Of a stretch of 64,000 bases of DNA, positions 62,076 through 64,000 are shown piece after piece. Origin of the DNA: the human T2T-CHM13v2.0 reference genome, Homo sapiens. The translations under genes and the position numbers were made by a program. Where the stretch lies: the NCBI RefSeq assembly GCF_009914755.1, contig NC_060928.1; one strand, 5' to 3'. A model generated the notes under the pieces. That model searched no databases. It worked only from the letters and a program-made list of their open reading frames with translations, and was not told where the DNA came from. Position 1 is the stretch's first letter. Each line of letters opens with the position of its first letter.

Positions 62076-64000
62076 TGCTTAACAAATATTTTAACATTCA
62101 CTAGTTATAAAAGTCTTATAAGGTGGATCTTATAACTCCTATTTTACAGAGTGAAAACAGGTGTAGAGAAGTTGTGATATGTGCAAAGTCACAGAGTGAG
62201 TGATAGAGTGGGGTTTTTAGTGCTGGCAGTCTGATTCTAGAGTCAACATTCTTAACCAGTTCTACCAACATTACTCTCCCAAGTCATTAACATCTCTTTC
62301 CTAACAACAAAGATGTTCTAAGAACAGATAACTGGGTTTATTACTGGCATATGGTGAACACTTATCTTAGCAAATAACTCAGCCCCATTTTCTGACTATG
62401 ATTTTTTTAAGGACAAACCACGTAGTCCTATTCTTCAAAAGTGATGTTTTTAACCTTAATTATAATTAGCTGTATTTATCTCATTTAGATTATAGCGCAA
62501 TTTTCTCCTTGGAATATACATACAGAAACACAAATTGAGGGTGACAAAAGTGTCAAACTGGAATTCAATATGATGATTAAGCTGTGTTTAAAATATTTGT
62601 TTCCCTTTTGATTGCCTTGTTTACACTGTATACATATGGAATATGACTGTAAGCCTTCAGCAATCTTCTCTTTGTCCAACGTGAACACATAAACCTTTAA
62701 AGATGTACATGAAATGGTCACATGCAATTTTAAATTCTTTAATGTAGAAAATCCCAAATTCATAAACTAAATTCTTCACGTGAACCTTTGGTAATAGTAT
62801 TTTTATCTTCTCTAGAAGCACTTTATTTTTCTTACATTTTTCCCAGAGAAACCAGTCTTCATTTCAGTTTATGTTGTTCAAGATACAACTCTGGAAATTT
62901 TATTCTGTGCCACAAACACTTATAAAATACTAGGACAATAATTTCAATCATCGTGTTAGTGTGCATTTTTTTAACCTTCACAGTAATATCCTCTTAACTG
63001 TCTTGTAATTTAAATGCTTGTTTACAGTAACAACCCAAACTTACAAGTATGAAAATATACCATAGGAATATGATCACTAAATAGTGTTTTTTTATTTTAA
63101 AAAATTCCTTTAGGTGTCTTCTATAAACATCTCCAACTAACATTGATTTAGGTTGTTTTAGGGTTCTAATGTCTTCTAACAGTTCTTTGTTGTTGAAATA
63201 AAGTAATAGAGTAGTTGAAAAAGCATAACAACAATTAGAAAGACTTTGTAAAGCCTCACATATAAAACCCCTTCACTTTTAACTTCGGTAATACTTGGGT
63301 TTAAGATCGGGAATAACCTACCAGTCCATCAGGGTTGAAAAATAATGCTTCATGCAAAACCAGAAAATGTGATGGATGAGGATTCCCCTGAATCCAAAGC
63401 TCTGCTTCTACTTCCTTTGCTGTATCTGGGCAAAAATTCAGGGGAAAAGCAAGACATAAGAAAGAAATTGGATCATAAAGAGAGTGAGAGCATGAGAGAA
63501 TGAGAATGGATTTGCATGTGTTTGGCCGGTTCAGATACCCCAGGTTCTGCTTGCTTTCTTCCTTCCCTGTGCTCCTTCTGGGCCACAGAGGTTGAGAACC
63601 TCTGCACTCTTTTAGATGCCCCAGGTTTCCTATTTAGCCATTTGATGTCTTGATCCTTTTTCTCAAGGTCTGCCTTAATGTTAATATAAAAATATTTTAC
63701 ATTAAATATGACATATATTTACAGTACACATATCTTAAATCTACAACTAAATGAATTTTACGTATATATTACCCATGTAACTACTGCTCAGATGAAGATG
63801 CAGATTTACAATATTCCTTCCAAGTCAATACTCCCAGGTAACTGCTATCCTGATATATATTCCTACAGATTAGTTTTGCCCACTTGTGAATGCTATCATA
63901 TTTGTTTGTAAATTTGGTTGTACATATTATACTGTACATTCTTTTGTATCTAGATTCTTTCACTCATGATCATTTGTGAGATTTATCCTTGTTGTTGCCT

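Overview
Primate (human-like) AT-rich, repeat-dense genomic DNA with no prokaryotic features. Subfamily names for repeats come from recalled consensus sequences, not from a search. The window holds a processed RPL7L1 pseudogene (minus, ~13.4-15.0 kb) and a full-length young L1 (L1PA2-like, minus, 24.0-30.0 kb) with intact ORF1 and ORF0, whose ORF2 carries one nonsense codon and a D145E change. It also holds a full HERV-L/MLT2A provirus inserted inside an Alu (50.5-57.1 kb), a full THE1-type MaLR (58.6-60.9 kb), and many Alus, old L1/L2/MIR pieces and MER transposons. The main find, not visible in the ORF track, is a five-exon plus-strand gene spread over ~30 kb: 31403/31448-31714, 48422-48563, 48765-48810, 57417-57503 and 61011-61143. 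All introns are GT-AG with matching phases. The exons splice into a protein with a hydrophobic (TM-like) segment followed by Sel1-like repeats. The frame is open for 177 aa from ATG 31589, but an upstream in-frame TGA and several lost Sel1 glycines suggest a decaying or unitary pseudogene. It lies just downstream of the L1 antisense promoter, whose ORF0 splice donors are phase-compatible with its exons.
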